Positions 27,778 through 38,549 of a stretch of DNA of 64,000 nucleotides are shown piece by piece. Position numbers and translations under genes: made by a program. The stretch comes from Flavobacteriales bacterium (GTDB taxonomy: Bacteria > Bacteroidota > Bacteroidia > Flavobacteriales > UBA1820): positions 680 through 64,679 of the forward strand of contig JAGAUI010000008.1 in NCBI GenBank assembly GCA_017620815.1, given 5' to 3'. Below the pieces are notes generated by a model. It saw only the letters and a program-made list of their open reading frames with translations, ran no database searches and was not told the origin of the DNA. Positions within the stretch are counted from its first letter, which is position 1. Each line of letters opens with the position of its first letter.

Positions 27778-29778
27778 TTATGATTCTTTTTCTGTTGTAT
27801 CGCTAGCAGGAGCAGTTTCTTCTTTTTTATCTTCAACTGCAACATCTACTGTCTTTTCTTCATCAAAAGGACGAGGGCCAAATATAGCTTCTAGGTCTTC
27901 CTTAAAGATTACTTCTTTTTCCAGCAATTGTTCTGCCAGACGTGTGAGTTTGTCTTTATTGGCAGATAGGATATCTATAGCTCTCTGATACTGTTCTTCT
28001 ATGATTTTGGATATTTCTTCATCTATGGCTTGGGCGGTTTTTTCGCTGTATGGTTTGGTAAATCCATAGTCGCGTTGTCCTGTTGAGTCATAGTAAGTTA
28101 TATTACCCAGACGTTCATTAAGACCATAGATAGTTACCATAGCACTCGCTTGACGGCTTACTTTTTCAAGGTCTGAAAGAGCTCCTGTGGATATTTTATC
28201 AAATATCACTTTTTCGGCAGCACGACCACCCAGTGTAGCACACATCTCGTCGAGCAGCTGCTCACTAGTAGTTATCTGACGTTCTTCTGGCAGATACCAC
28301 GCTGCTCCCAACGACTGACCACGAGGAACAATAGTAACTTTTACCAGAGGAGCCGCATGACGCACCAGCCAACTCACCGTAGCATGTCCTGCTTCGTGGA
28401 AAGCGATAGCTCGTTTTTCGGCAGGAGAGATTATACGCGTACGTTTTTCAAGACCTCCTACTATGCGGTCAACAGCCGAAAGAAAGTCTTCTTTTTCTAC
28501 ATGGTCTTTATTGCGACGAGCAGCTATAAGAGCCGCTTCATTACATACGTTGGCTATATCGGCACCAGAGAATCCGGGGGTTTGACGTGCTAGGAATGCT
28601 ATATCCAAACCATCGGCCAGTTTCAATGGTTTAAGATGAACACGGAATATAGCTTCACGTTCTGGAAGGTCTGGAAGGTCCACATATATCTGACGGTCAA
28701 AACGTCCCGCACGCAATAGTGCTTTATCTAGGATATCGGCACGGTTGGTAGCGGCTAGGACTATAACATTGGTATCGGTCTGGAAACCGTCCATTTCTGT
28801 AAGCAGCTGGTTAAGTGTGTTTTCACGTTCATCGTTACTACCTGTAACTGCATTTTTACCACGGGCACGTCCTATGGCGTCTATCTCGTCTATGAAGATA
28901 ATGGCAGGGGATTTTTCTTTGGCTTGCTTAAAGAGGTCGCGTACACGGCTTGCTCCCACACCCACAAACATCTCTACAAAATCTGAACCCGAAAGCGAGA
29001 AGAAAGGCACGCTAGCCTCACCTGCTATCGCTTTGGCGAGTAGGGTTTTACCTGTACCCGGAGGGCCTACTAGGAGAGCACCTTTGGGTATCTTACCTCC
29101 TAGACGTGTGTATTTGTCTGGTTCACGCAAGAAATTAACTATCTCTTGCAGTTCTTCTTTGGCACCTTGTAGTCCTGCCACATTTTCAAATGTAACCTTG
29201 ATACGGTCATTCTCATCAAATACACGAGCCTTGCTTTTACCTATGTTAAACACTTGTGAGCCTCCTCCTGCTGCACCACTCATGCGTGTCATCATAAATA
29301 TAAAGAAGCCTATCATAAGTATAAATGGCAACCAAGAAAGTATATTTCCCAGAGCATTGGAAGGGACTTCTTTTTTAAGCATCACTTCCAGTGAATTTTT
29401 ATCTACCACTTCGTTAAATGTCTTTTCAAAATTGGCCGCATCTACAAATATGACCTTGAAATGTGGCGAAGTGTTATTTGGACTGGTAGAGTTTACGCGG
29501 TCTTTATAGCGTCCGCTTTTAAGTGCATCGCTTGTGAGGAACACATTGGCATAGTCTTTGTTATAGACTACGACCTCGCGTACATCTCCCGATGGCAGTA
29601 TCTCATTAAAGAACTCACGTTGAGATAGTTCACGAGCCGTTGTTTCTGAACTATAAAAATACTCTATGCCCAGTATAGCAACTACTATCATTGCACTTAC
29701 CCACCAGAATCCTAGAGGCGAACGTCTGCCTTGAGGGTTACGGGTAGGGGGGACACGGTTATTGTCATTTTTTTCCAT
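27778..29778 (-). CDS. ftsH: ATP-dependent zinc metalloprotease FtsH
   Basis: Two TMs, [14 protein letters not shown], the SRH region and HEAGH. Confidence 0.97.
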   Translation of the reverse strand: MEKNDNNRVPPTRNPQGRRSPLGFWWVSAMIVVAILGIEYFYSSETTARELSQREFFNEILPSGDVREVVVYNKDYANVFLTSDALKSGRYKDRVNSTSPNNTSPHFKVIFVDAANFEKTFNEVVDKNSLEVMLKKEVPSNALGNILSWLPFILMIGFFIFMMTRMSGAAGGGSQVFNIGKSKARVFDENDRIKVTFENVAGLQGAKEELQEIVNFLREPDKYTRLGGKIPKGALLVGPPGTGKTLLAKAIAGEASVPFFSLSGSDFVEMFVGVGASRVRDLFKQAKEKSPAIIFIDEIDAIGRARGKNAVTGSNDERENTLNQLLTEMDGFQTDTNVIVLAATNRADILDKALLRAGRFDRQIYVDLPDLPEREAIFRVHLKPLKLADGLDIAFLARQTPGFSGADIANVCNEAALIAARRNKDHVEKEDFLSAVDRIVGGLEKRTRIISPAEKRAIAFHEAGHATVSWLVRHAAPLVKVTIVPRGQSLGAAWYLPEERQITTSEQLLDEMCATLGGRAAEKVIFDKISTGALSDLEKVSRQASAMVTIYGLNERLGNITYYDSTGQRDYGFTKPYSEKTAQAIDEEISKIIEEQYQRAIDILSANKDKLTRLAEQLLEKEVIFKEDLEAIFGPRPFDEEKTVDVAVEDKKEETAPASDTTEKES

Positions 29779-29818
29779 TAGGTTTTATTATTTAAAGGTT
29801 TATATGTGGTTAGTATTA

Positions 29819-30184
29819 TTAGTCTTCTAGATGTGTTATACGAGCATCACCCCATAGGGACTCTATATCATAAAATGCACGTGTATGCTCTTCAAATACA
29901 TGTACTACTATATCGGCATAGTCTATAAGCACCCAAGTAGATGCTCCCTCTCCCTCCACATGCCAAGGATGTTCTTTAAGACTGCGAGACACTTCTTTTT
30001 GTACCGCTCCTGCTATACTTCTCACATGAGTAGTAGAACCACCAGTACACAGTATAAAATAACTGCACACCGCACCATCTATCTCTCTCATATCCATTAT
30101 AGTTATATCTTTGGCTTTTATTTCAGAGAGCTGATGCAGGATTTCGGTAAGAAGAGCATCTGTCGTTGGTTTCTTTTTTATCAT
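29819..30184 (-). CDS. rsfS: ribosome silencing factor
   Basis: Motif WVLIDYADIVVHVF...FYDIESLW. Confidence 0.95.
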   Translation of the reverse strand: MIKKKPTTDALLTEILHQLSEIKAKDITIMDMREIDGAVCSYFILCTGGSTTHVRSIAGAVQKEVSRSLKEHPWHVEGEGASTWVLIDYADIVVHVFEEHTRAFYDIESLWGDARITHLED

Positions 30185-30271
30185 ATTGTGGTATTTATAT
30201 TTTTACTACTTTTGGCAAATTACAAAATTACTCAAAATTCCCGATATTTGGACATTCTTTATGAAAACATT

Positions 30272-31024
30272 ATGATAGAAAAAAAGACACCACATATAGA
30301 GATACACCACTATGAGAGTATTGACTCCACATCATCACAACTCAAACGAATGATAGAGAGTGATGAAAACACAGAACAATACACCGTAGTTACCGCCTTT
30401 AACCAATGTGGAGGCCGAGGTCAAGGTGAAAATCGTTGGAGTTCATCGGCAGGAAAGAACCTTACTTTTTCCCTCTTGTTACGTCCTATGATAGACGCTT
30501 CGTCACATTTCTATCTCAATATGTGTATATCACTGGGCATAAAGAAAGCTCTTGAAAAGCACATAGACAGAATCAAAATAAAATGGCCAAACGACATCTA
30601 TGTAAACGATAGCAAACTATGTGGAATACTCATAGAAAGCACCATAAAAGGCACTGCTATCATACGTTCTGTGGTGGGCATTGGCATAAACATAGAGCAA
30701 AAAAAGTGGGAGAACTGGGTGCCAAATCCTATTTCGCTATCTATGTGTGGAGTCCAAAACATAGACAAAGACTCTCTTATGAGAGAGATAATAACATCTA
30801 TACACGATATGCTATCCATGCTACTAGATGGAGAAAAAGAAAAAATATCTGCATTGTATCACGATGTGATGTATAGAAAAGACACCGTAGCTCTTTACAA
30901 CGACATAAACGGGACATTTGAAGGGGTGATACAGGGTGTAGATGAGGGAGGCCGTCTTATTATAAAGGATTACGCTACTGGAGAAAAAAAATTCTATATG
31001 TTCAAGGAAGTAAGATACTTATAA
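30272..31024 (+). CDS. birA: biotin--[acetyl-CoA-carboxylase] ligase
   Basis: Motifs DSTS, QCGGRGQ, KWPND, KLCGIL and GIGIN. Start refined to ATG 30272. Confidence 0.92.
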   Translation: MIEKKTPHIEIHHYESIDSTSSQLKRMIESDENTEQYTVVTAFNQCGGRGQGENRWSSSAGKNLTFSLLLRPMIDASSHFYLNMCISLGIKKALEKHIDRIKIKWPNDIYVNDSKLCGILIESTIKGTAIIRSVVGIGINIEQKKWENWVPNPISLSMCGVQNIDKDSLMREIITSIHDMLSMLLDGEKEKISALYHDVMYRKDTVALYNDINGTFEGVIQGVDEGGRLIIKDYATGEKKFYMFKEVRYL

Positions 31025-31063
31025 AAAGATAAAATATATGGTTGTTAAAGCTATACATCTGTC

Positions 31064-31110
31064 ATTTAAAACCAAAAGGCTCGCCTCGGGCGAGCCTTTT
31101 GGTTTTAAAT
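31064..31110. terminator. bidirectional terminator with a 22-bp perfect stem
   Basis: ATTTAAAACCAAAAGGCTCGCC-tcg-GGCGAGCCTTTTGGTTTTAAAT. Confidence 0.85.
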
Positions 31111-31307
31111 TACCTATCTTTTTTACGTCTGGCCTTATCCACTTGGGAGAATATTATAGCTGCCGCAGCAAAAGCCAACGCAGCATATAACATCATACTC
31201 TTGTCTTTGTCTTCCAGATTATCCATCATATGACGTGCTACCAGTAAACACACCGCCACGATGGCAAAAAACCTATGCAACCAAGTTATAAAAATACTTT
31301 TCTTCAT
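31110..31307 (-). CDS. small two-TM membrane protein
   Basis: 65 aa, 11 nt downstream of era and followed by a terminator. Confidence 0.6.
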   Translation of the reverse strand: MKKSIFITWLHRFFAIVAVCLLVARHMMDNLEDKDKSMMLYAALAFAAAAIIFSQVDKARRKKDR

Positions 31308-31318
31308 CCCTCTCTACA

Positions 31319-32215
31319 TTAAAATTCATACCCGAAATGACGCAGCGAATTTTTATTACTCCGCCAACCATCGTTAACCTTTACAAATGTTTCTAGATAC
31401 ACCCTCTTACCAAAGAAACGTTCCATATCTTCGCGGGCTTCTATACCCACTTTCTTTATGGCAGCACCCTTATGACCTATGATTATAGGACGTTGCGAAG
31501 CCCGTTCTACATATATCACTGCACGTATGCGTATGATATCTTCTTCTTCCAGAAATGATTCTGTCTCCACCTCTACCGAATATGGCACTTCTTTGGTATA
31601 ATTGAGTAGTATTTTCTGGCGGATGATTTCGTTTACAAAAAAACGTTCTGGTTTATCGGTAAGGGTGTCCTTGGGATAGTAAGCAGGGCCTTCGGGTAGC
31701 AGTTCCACTATCCTATCCAGCAAGTCTTCCACCGCAAATTTCTCTCGTGCCGAAATAGCGTGTATCTCCACACGAGGCAGTTTTTCACTCCAGAATTCAA
31801 CCACTTCTTCCAGTCGGTTTTGGTCTATCGTGTCTATCTTGTTTATCACCAGTAGCACTGGCACGGTAGCTGTTTCTATTTTGCGATAAAAAGTAGGGTC
31901 TTTGAGTTCTTTTTCACCGGGTTCTATCATATAGAGTAGTATGTCGGCATCTTCAAATGCACTTTTTACAAACTCCATCATATTTTCCTGCAGACGATAT
32001 GCTGGTCGTATTATACCCGGTGTATCACTCAATACCACTTGGAAATCATCTCCACTTACCACTCCTAGTATTCTATGACGTGTAGTCTGTGCCTTGGATG
32101 TGATGATAGATAGCTCCTGCCCTACCAGAGCATTCATCAGGGTGCTTTTACCCACGTTTGGATTGCCTATGATATTAACAAATCCACTGCGATGTTTTTT
32201 GATATTTTCTTCCAT
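31319..32215 (-). CDS. era: GTPase Era
   Basis: Motifs GNPNVGKS, QTTR, DTPG and NKID, plus a KH domain. Start refined to ATG 32215. Confidence 0.96.
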   Translation of the reverse strand: MEENIKKHRSGFVNIIGNPNVGKSTLMNALVGQELSIITSKAQTTRHRILGVVSGDDFQVVLSDTPGIIRPAYRLQENMMEFVKSAFEDADILLYMIEPGEKELKDPTFYRKIETATVPVLLVINKIDTIDQNRLEEVVEFWSEKLPRVEIHAISAREKFAVEDLLDRIVELLPEGPAYYPKDTLTDKPERFFVNEIIRQKILLNYTKEVPYSVEVETESFLEEEDIIRIRAVIYVERASQRPIIIGHKGAAIKKVGIEAREDMERFFGKRVYLETFVKVNDGWRSNKNSLRHFGYEF

Positions 32216-32220
32216 GAGTG

Positions 32221-32228
32221 CAAAAGTA
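32221..32228 (-). promoter_or_regulatory. -7 box (TACTTTTG) 5 nt before the era ATG
   Basis: Minus strand reads TACTTTTG-CACTC-ATG. Confidence 0.6.
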
Positions 32229-32386
32229 TGTCTTTTTATGTAAATTTCTGCCTTTACACCCATATCTTTCATAGCAAAAATGTCGTTTTTTTGGTACTTT
32301 CTTACTACCTTTGCACGGATATGTGTGCCTATACCACACACATCTAGCATAAGGATAACAGAAAGAATAAATTAAAAAAATATATT

Positions 32387-33385
32387 ATGCTCAAAATAGG
32401 AGTATTGGGTGCTGGACACCTAGGAAAGATACACATCCGCCTGCTTAAAAGTAGTACGCACTATGAACTAGTAGGTTTTTATGACACGATGAAAGAAAAC
32501 GCAACTCGTGTAGAAGAAGAACTAGGAGTAAAATCTTGGGATGATGTAGATGCACTTATGGATGCTGTGGACGTGATAGACGTTGTTACACCTACCACTC
32601 ATCACTTCTCGTGTGTCATGAAGGCAATAGAAAAAGGCAAACACGTATTTGTGGAAAAACCCATAGACTTCACTATGGAGCAAGCCGAAATGATGATAAA
32701 GGCACTGGAAGAAAAAGGGCTTAAAGGACAGGTAGGACACGTAGAGCGTTATAACCCTGCCTTTACCGCTGTCAAAGACTCTATCCACTCCCCTGCCTTC
32801 ATAGAGGCTCACCGTCTATCCCAATTCAATCCCCGCGGCACAGACGTCCCTGTCGTTCTAGACCTGATGATACACGATATAGACGCCATACTCTCTATCG
32901 TCAAATCTCCCGTAAGAAGCATAGCTGCCAGCGGAGCCAAAGTGATAAGTGAGACTCCAGACATAGCATCGGCACGTATAGAGTTTGAGAATGGATGTGT
33001 AGCCAACCTCACTACCAGCCGCATATCTATGAAGACTATGCGTAAAACCCGCATCTTCCAACGCGATGCTTATATCACCGTGGATTTCCTTAAAAAAGAA
33101 GCCGAGGTATTGCGTATGCACGATGCACCAGAGAACCCAGACCCATATGCTATGATACTCACTACAGCTGAAGGTCGCAGCAAAGAGATAATGTTTGACA
33201 AGCCAGCCATTCCAGATACCAATGCCATACTGGAAGAACTCAACACATTTGCCGAGGCGATAGAAAACGACACTACTCCTATCGTTACCTTCCGCGATGG
33301 CACAGCGGCATTGCGTGTGGCACTGGATATAATGAAAGACATAGACCGTCATATAGAACGCATAGAAAACAACGAAAGGAAATAA
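32387..33385 (+). CDS. Gfo/Idh/MocA family oxidoreductase
   Basis: Motifs GAGHLG, VEKP, GHVERYNP and DLMIHDID. Confidence 0.9.
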   Translation: MLKIGVLGAGHLGKIHIRLLKSSTHYELVGFYDTMKENATRVEEELGVKSWDDVDALMDAVDVIDVVTPTTHHFSCVMKAIEKGKHVFVEKPIDFTMEQAEMMIKALEEKGLKGQVGHVERYNPAFTAVKDSIHSPAFIEAHRLSQFNPRGTDVPVVLDLMIHDIDAILSIVKSPVRSIAASGAKVISETPDIASARIEFENGCVANLTTSRISMKTMRKTRIFQRDAYITVDFLKKEAEVLRMHDAPENPDPYAMILTTAEGRSKEIMFDKPAIPDTNAILEELNTFAEAIENDTTPIVTFRDGTAALRVALDIMKDIDRHIERIENNERK

Positions 33386-34687
33386 ATGATGAAAAACTCC
33401 AAAGAACTTTCGGTATGTATCATCACACTCGGATGTCAGAAAAACTGGTGTGATAGTGAGACTCTAGCAGGGCATCTTTCTATGCAGGGGATAAATGTTA
33501 CTCACGAAAAGGACGGGGAAATAGTTATAGTAAACACCTGTGGGTTTATAGGTGATGCCAAAGAAGAGAGCATTAACGTTATACTTGAACAAGTAGAACG
33601 CAAGAATCGCGGGGAGATAAGCCACGTCTATGTCATGGGCTGTCTATCCCAACGCTATCGTGAAGAGCTTAAAGAAGCCATACCAGAGATGGACGGGATA
33701 TATGGAGTAAACGAGATGAAAGACGTTCTATCCACACTAGGGGCAAAATACCTCCCCGAAGCCGAAGGACGTCGTATGCTATCCACTCCTAAACACTATG
33801 CTTACCTTAAAATTTCGGAAGGATGTGATAGACATTGCTCGTACTGTGCTATACCTCTTATAAGAGGAGGCCATGAGTCTGTCCCTATGGAAAAACTAGT
33901 AGATGAAGCTCGTTATCTAGCAGAAGGAGGAGTAAAAGAACTTATCCTCATAGCCCAAGACCTTACATACTATGGGCTGGATATATATGGAGAACGTCGC
34001 CTAGCCGAACTCATTCGCCGCATAGCACAAGTGGAAGGTATAGAATGGATACGTCTGCATTATGCTTATCCACATGGTTTTCCAGACGATGTTATAGATG
34101 TTATGGCCAGCGAACCAAAAGTATGCAAATACATAGACATACCCCTCCAACACATATCTGACCGCATCCTTACATCTATGCACCGCGGTGCCTCTCGCAA
34201 ACAGACAAACGAATTGCTTAAAAAACTGAGAGAGAGAGTACCGGGTATAGCCATACGCACGACCCTTATAGTAGGATATCCGGGTGAGAGTGAGCAGGAA
34301 TTTGAAGAACTTAAAGAGTGGGTAAAAGAGCAGCGTTTTGACCGTCTGGGTTGCTTTACATACAGCGAAGAAGAAGGAACCGATGCTGCACGTCTGGAAG
34401 ATGACATCCCACAAGAAGTCAAAGAAGAACGCAAGGAAGCCATCATGGAACTCCAACGCGACATCACCTGTGAACTCAACGCCCAGAAAGTAGGTAGTAC
34501 TATACGCGTCATCATAGACGATGAGAATGATGATATATATATGGGACGCACAGAACACGACTCTCCCGAAGTTGACTGTGATGTATTCATAGACAAAGAA
34601 AAATGGAGAGTACCTGTAGGTGATTTTGTCAAGGTGGAGGTTACTTCATCTGGGGTGTATGATATATTTGGAATACCTGTTCCATAA
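33386..34687 (+). CDS. rimO: ribosomal protein S12 methylthiotransferase
   Basis: LGCQKN, NTCGFI, radical-SAM CDRHCSYC, RLHYAYP and a TRAM domain (DSPEVD). Confidence 0.94.
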   Translation: MMKNSKELSVCIITLGCQKNWCDSETLAGHLSMQGINVTHEKDGEIVIVNTCGFIGDAKEESINVILEQVERKNRGEISHVYVMGCLSQRYREELKEAIPEMDGIYGVNEMKDVLSTLGAKYLPEAEGRRMLSTPKHYAYLKISEGCDRHCSYCAIPLIRGGHESVPMEKLVDEARYLAEGGVKELILIAQDLTYYGLDIYGERRLAELIRRIAQVEGIEWIRLHYAYPHGFPDDVIDVMASEPKVCKYIDIPLQHISDRILTSMHRGASRKQTNELLKKLRERVPGIAIRTTLIVGYPGESEQEFEELKEWVKEQRFDRLGCFTYSEEEGTDAARLEDDIPQEVKEERKEAIMELQRDITCELNAQKVGSTIRVIIDDENDDIYMGRTEHDSPEVDCDVFIDKEKWRVPVGDFVKVEVTSSGVYDIFGIPVP

Positions 34688-34711
34688 GGAAGATTAAAAT
34701 AAGTAAAAGCT

Positions 34712-35485
34712 ATGTTGGAAAGTTTATCATTTGGGCTTAAGGACATCATAGATATCACGGTGGTGGTATTTCTGGTTTATCAGGTATATCGTCTGGTGAG
34801 GGGGACGGTAGCTGTAAACATATTTATAGGTATAGCTGCCCTTTTCCTACTCTATAAACTGGTGGAAGCACTACATATGAGTCTTCTAAGCGGTATCCTA
34901 GGACAATTTATGAGTATAGGTGTACTGGCACTAGTGATACTTTTCCAGCAAGAGATACGCCGTTTTCTTATCCTCATTGGCACCAATAATTTCTTCACCA
35001 AACACTTTTTCTCTCGTATAAAACGAGCTCCAAATCTTCCCGAACGCCTAGACGTAAAAGAGATAGCATCGGCTTGTTTTGAGATGGGAAAATCTCGTAC
35101 AGGAGCCCTTATAGTGATAAAAAAATCATCACTTCCTCTTATAGAGACATCGGTAGGAGATGTGCAGAACATAGTCCCCACTCAATCCATTCTAGAGAGT
35201 ATATTCTATAAAAACAGTCCTCTGCACGATGGAGCTATAGTAATAGAAGACGGTCGTATAGTTGCCACACGCGTTATACTTCCTGTATCTCGTAACAAAA
35301 ACCTACCCGAAGAGTATGGCACACGACATCGTGCGGCGGTAGGAATATGTGAAAAATCAGATGCTGCGTGCATAGTCGTTTCAGAAGAAAGAGGCAAGGT
35401 TACCTACATCAAAGGCGAGACCATAGAGATTATGAAAGATGAGAAAGAGCTAGAAACTCGCATAGCACAAGAATTAGAAATGTAA
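34712..35485 (+). CDS. cdaA: diadenylate cyclase (CdaA/DacA type)
   Basis: Three TMs, FQQEIRR, and intact catalytic motifs HDGA and GTRHRAA. Confidence 0.9.
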   Translation: MLESLSFGLKDIIDITVVVFLVYQVYRLVRGTVAVNIFIGIAALFLLYKLVEALHMSLLSGILGQFMSIGVLALVILFQQEIRRFLILIGTNNFFTKHFFSRIKRAPNLPERLDVKEIASACFEMGKSRTGALIVIKKSSLPLIETSVGDVQNIVPTQSILESIFYKNSPLHDGAIVIEDGRIVATRVILPVSRNKNLPEEYGTRHRAAVGICEKSDAACIVVSEERGKVTYIKGETIEIMKDEKELETRIAQELEM

Positions 35486-35516
35486 ACCATATAGAAAATA
35501 AAAACATACATATAAA

Positions 35517-36692
35517 ATGGAAGTAAGTAAAAGATATGCAGGACGTGGTGTTTCGGCATCCAAAGAAGACGTACACAACGCCATTAAAAACGTTGACAAA
35601 GGGCTATTTCCCGGTGCATTTTGTAAGATAATACCAGACTATCTCACAGGCAGTGATGAGCATTGTGTAGTTATGCATGCCGATGGTGCTGGCACCAAAT
35701 CATCATTGGCATATATGTATTGGAAGAAAACAGGAGACCTTTCGGTATGGAAAGGCATAGCTCAGGATTCGCTTATAATGAACATTGATGACCTGCTATG
35801 TGTGGGAGCTACCGATAATATCCTACTCTCCTCTACCATAGGTCGTAACAAAAACCTTATCCCCGGCGAAGTAATAGCAGCTATTATCAACGGCACCCAA
35901 GAACTACTAGACGAGATGCGTGGCTATGGAGTAAATATCATATCTACAGGCGGTGAAACAGCCGATGTAGGCGACCTAGTACGCACCATCATAGTGGACA
36001 GCACCGTTACTGCCCGTATGAAAAGAGCCGATGTGATAGACAACTCTCATATTCAGGCAGGTGACGTGATAGTAGGTCTAGCCTCATATGGCCAATCTAC
36101 ATATGAGACAGGATATAACGGTGGTATGGGTTCAAATGGTCTTACATCGGCACGTCATGATGTATTCTGCCACTCTCTAGCAGAAGAGTTCCCTGAAAGC
36201 TATGACCACGCTGTTCCAGAAGAGTTGGTATTTTCGGGAAGTAAAAACCTTACCGATGCTGTGGAAGGAAGTCCTCTTGACGCTGGCAAACTAGTCCTTT
36301 CTCCTACCCGCACATATGCTCCGGTGGTAAAAAAGGTTTTGGATAAATTACGTCACCAGATACACGGTATGATACACTGTTCTGGTGGTGCCCAGACCAA
36401 GATTCTACATTTTGTAAATGGTCTTCACATCATCCAGGACAATCTTTTCCCTATTCCTCCATTATTTGCTATGATACAGAAAGAGAGTGGTACAGACTGG
36501 AGAGAGATGTACCAAGTATTTAATATGGGACACCGTATGGAATTCTATGTTCCTGCCTCCATAGCCGATGAAATAATATCTATTTCTGAATCATTTGGTA
36601 TTCCTGCTCGCGTGGTAGGTCGTGTAGAAGCCTATGAAGAAGGAAGCAAAAAACTCACTATCGTGAGTGAAAATGGCACATTTGAGTATTGA
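35517..36692 (+). CDS. purM: phosphoribosylformylglycinamidine cyclo-ligase (AIR synthase, Bacteroidota type)
   Basis: Motifs HADGAGTKS, GGETADVG, GSNGLT and VFNMGHR. Confidence 0.9.
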   Translation: MEVSKRYAGRGVSASKEDVHNAIKNVDKGLFPGAFCKIIPDYLTGSDEHCVVMHADGAGTKSSLAYMYWKKTGDLSVWKGIAQDSLIMNIDDLLCVGATDNILLSSTIGRNKNLIPGEVIAAIINGTQELLDEMRGYGVNIISTGGETADVGDLVRTIIVDSTVTARMKRADVIDNSHIQAGDVIVGLASYGQSTYETGYNGGMGSNGLTSARHDVFCHSLAEEFPESYDHAVPEELVFSGSKNLTDAVEGSPLDAGKLVLSPTRTYAPVVKKVLDKLRHQIHGMIHCSGGAQTKILHFVNGLHIIQDNLFPIPPLFAMIQKESGTDWREMYQVFNMGHRMEFYVPASIADEIISISESFGIPARVVGRVEAYEEGSKKLTIVSENGTFEY

Positions 36693-36712
36693 TAAACAGT
36701 AACCTGATATAA

Positions 36713-37792
36713 ATGGCAACATCACTTTTAGAAAAATTAGAAGGTCTTAAAACCCGTTTTGACGAAGTAGCAGACCTCATTATCCAGCCAGACGTCATCG
36801 CCGACCAAAAACGATATATGGATTTGGGTCGCCAGTATAAACAGCTGGAAAAGATAATGGATGTCTATAAACGCTATAAAAACGTACTTGACAATATAGA
36901 CGAAGCCCGTGAAATCATACGCGAAGGCGGTGATGCAGAAATGGTAGAAATGGCTCGTATGCAACTAGAAGAGTCTGAACCACAAGTTCTTCCACTAGAA
37001 GAAGAGATAAAATATCTCCTCATACCTCGTGACCCAGAAGACTCCAAAAACGCAATGGTAGAGCTCAGAGGCGGAACAGGTGGCGATGAAGCTGCTATTT
37101 TTGCAGGAGACTTTTACCGTATGTATAGCAAATATGCCGAAAGCAAAGGTTGGCGTCTGGAAGTTATGGACTTTAACGAAGGCACATCTGGTGGGTACAA
37201 GGAAATGATATTCAAACTCTCTGGCGAAGACGTATATGGCACCATGAAATTTGAAGCTGGTGTACACCGCGTTCAGCGTGTTCCTGCCACCGAGACACAA
37301 GGTCGTGTACATACCAGTGCAGCTACATGTATCGTTATGCCCGAAGCCGAAGAATTTGACATCTACATAGACCCAAAAGACATACGTAAGGATACTTTCT
37401 GCTCTAGTGGTGCTGGTGGTCAGTCGGTAAATACTACATATTCGGCAGTACGTCTTACCCACATCCCTACTGGTATAGTGGCTCAATGTCAAGACGAACG
37501 TTCGCAGCTCAAAAACCTAGAAAAGTGTATGACTGTTCTACGTTCTCGTCTTTACGAGATAGAATATCAGAAACGTCTGGAAGAAGAAGCCAAAAAACGT
37601 AAATCTATGGTATCCAGCGGTGACCGTAGTGCCAAAATACGCACATATAACTATCCGCAAGGTCGTGTTACAGACCACCGCATAGGTCTTACACTATATA
37701 ACTTGGCCGATATAATGGGAGGTGATATCCAGAAGATAATAGACGAACTTACCATAGCCGAAAACGCCGAAAAACTCAAAGAAATGGAATAA
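36713..37792 (+). CDS. prfA: peptide chain release factor 1
   Basis: PAT (PxT) anticodon motif, GGQ and [14 protein letters not shown]. Confidence 0.97.
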   Translation: MATSLLEKLEGLKTRFDEVADLIIQPDVIADQKRYMDLGRQYKQLEKIMDVYKRYKNVLDNIDEAREIIREGGDAEMVEMARMQLEESEPQVLPLEEEIKYLLIPRDPEDSKNAMVELRGGTGGDEAAIFAGDFYRMYSKYAESKGWRLEVMDFNEGTSGGYKEMIFKLSGEDVYGTMKFEAGVHRVQRVPATETQGRVHTSAATCIVMPEAEEFDIYIDPKDIRKDTFCSSGAGGQSVNTTYSAVRLTHIPTGIVAQCQDERSQLKNLEKCMTVLRSRLYEIEYQKRLEEEAKKRKSMVSSGDRSAKIRTYNYPQGRVTDHRIGLTLYNLADIMGGDIQKIIDELTIAENAEKLKEME

Positions 37793-37814
37793 TAACTCTT
37801 AAATACTTAATACA

Positions 37815-38537
37815 ATGAAACACTTTATTTTTGCTCTACTAGCAGTATGCACACTATCTCTACAAGCACAGGTCAAACAGTATGCCGCCGATGTTCATAA
37901 AGGCGAAAACGGAAATGTTGACCTTCCATATCGTTACCTAGCACCAGAGGCAACTCCTCGCGGTGTGAAATACCCTCTAGTTATCTTTTTGCACGGTAGC
38001 GGAGAAAGAGGCACAGATAACGAAAAACAACTATTCCACGGTAGCGGTCTTTTCCTTAACCCTGTAAACCAAGAAAAATACCCTGCTTATGTCATCATTC
38101 CTCAATGTCCCGAAGGCAAGACTTGGAAAAGAGATGATGTAGCTCCTACCGTTATCTCTCTTATAGAAAAATACAAAAATCTACCACAGGTAGATGATTC
38201 CCGCATATACATCATAGGTCTGTCTATGGGTGCATATGGAATCTATGACATCGTTACACGTCGTCCAGACCTATTTGCTGTAGCTGTGCCTATATGTGGA
38301 GAAGGTAACGTAGAAAAACTACCAGTAGCCAAAGACATAGCATTCTCTATCTACCACGGTGATGCCGACCAAGCTGTACCAGTAGAAGGTTCTCGTGAGG
38401 CTTATGTGGCACTTAAAAAAGCTGGTTGTAAGAACTTGAGATACACAGAATTTGCTGGCACTACACACAATAGCTGGAACCCAGCATTTAACACTCCAGA
38501 TTTCCTTAAATGGATATTCTCAAAACGCAGAAAATAA
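37815..38537 (+). CDS. secreted alpha/beta-hydrolase (esterase/phospholipase/peptidase-like)
   Basis: Signal peptide, FLHGSGERG, GLSMG nucleophile elbow, HGDAD and HNSW. Confidence 0.85.
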   Translation: MKHFIFALLAVCTLSLQAQVKQYAADVHKGENGNVDLPYRYLAPEATPRGVKYPLVIFLHGSGERGTDNEKQLFHGSGLFLNPVNQEKYPAYVIIPQCPEGKTWKRDDVAPTVISLIEKYKNLPQVDDSRIYIIGLSMGAYGIYDIVTRRPDLFAVAVPICGEGNVEKLPVAKDIAFSIYHGDADQAVPVEGSREAYVALKKAGCKNLRYTEFAGTTHNSWNPAFNTPDFLKWIFSKRRK

Positions 38538-38549
38538 TACATAAGATAT

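Noticed and set aside
28745-29509. Long antisense ORFs (also 14947-15429, 34066-34758, 43900-44490, 56981-57589 and many shorter ones)
   Set aside because: They lie on the opposite strand of, and almost entirely within, well-supported genes and have no recognisable motifs.
29885-30271. Apparent N-terminal extension of BirA (likewise Era, SOD, IlvE, MetF and EIIC)
   Set aside because: These come from the track choosing the most upstream start. The extensions overlap divergent genes or promoters and lack family similarity.
34712-35485. Nucleotide cyclase as part of a CBASS-like defence system
   Set aside because: It is a standard membrane CdaA/DacA among housekeeping genes, with no effector gene nearby.
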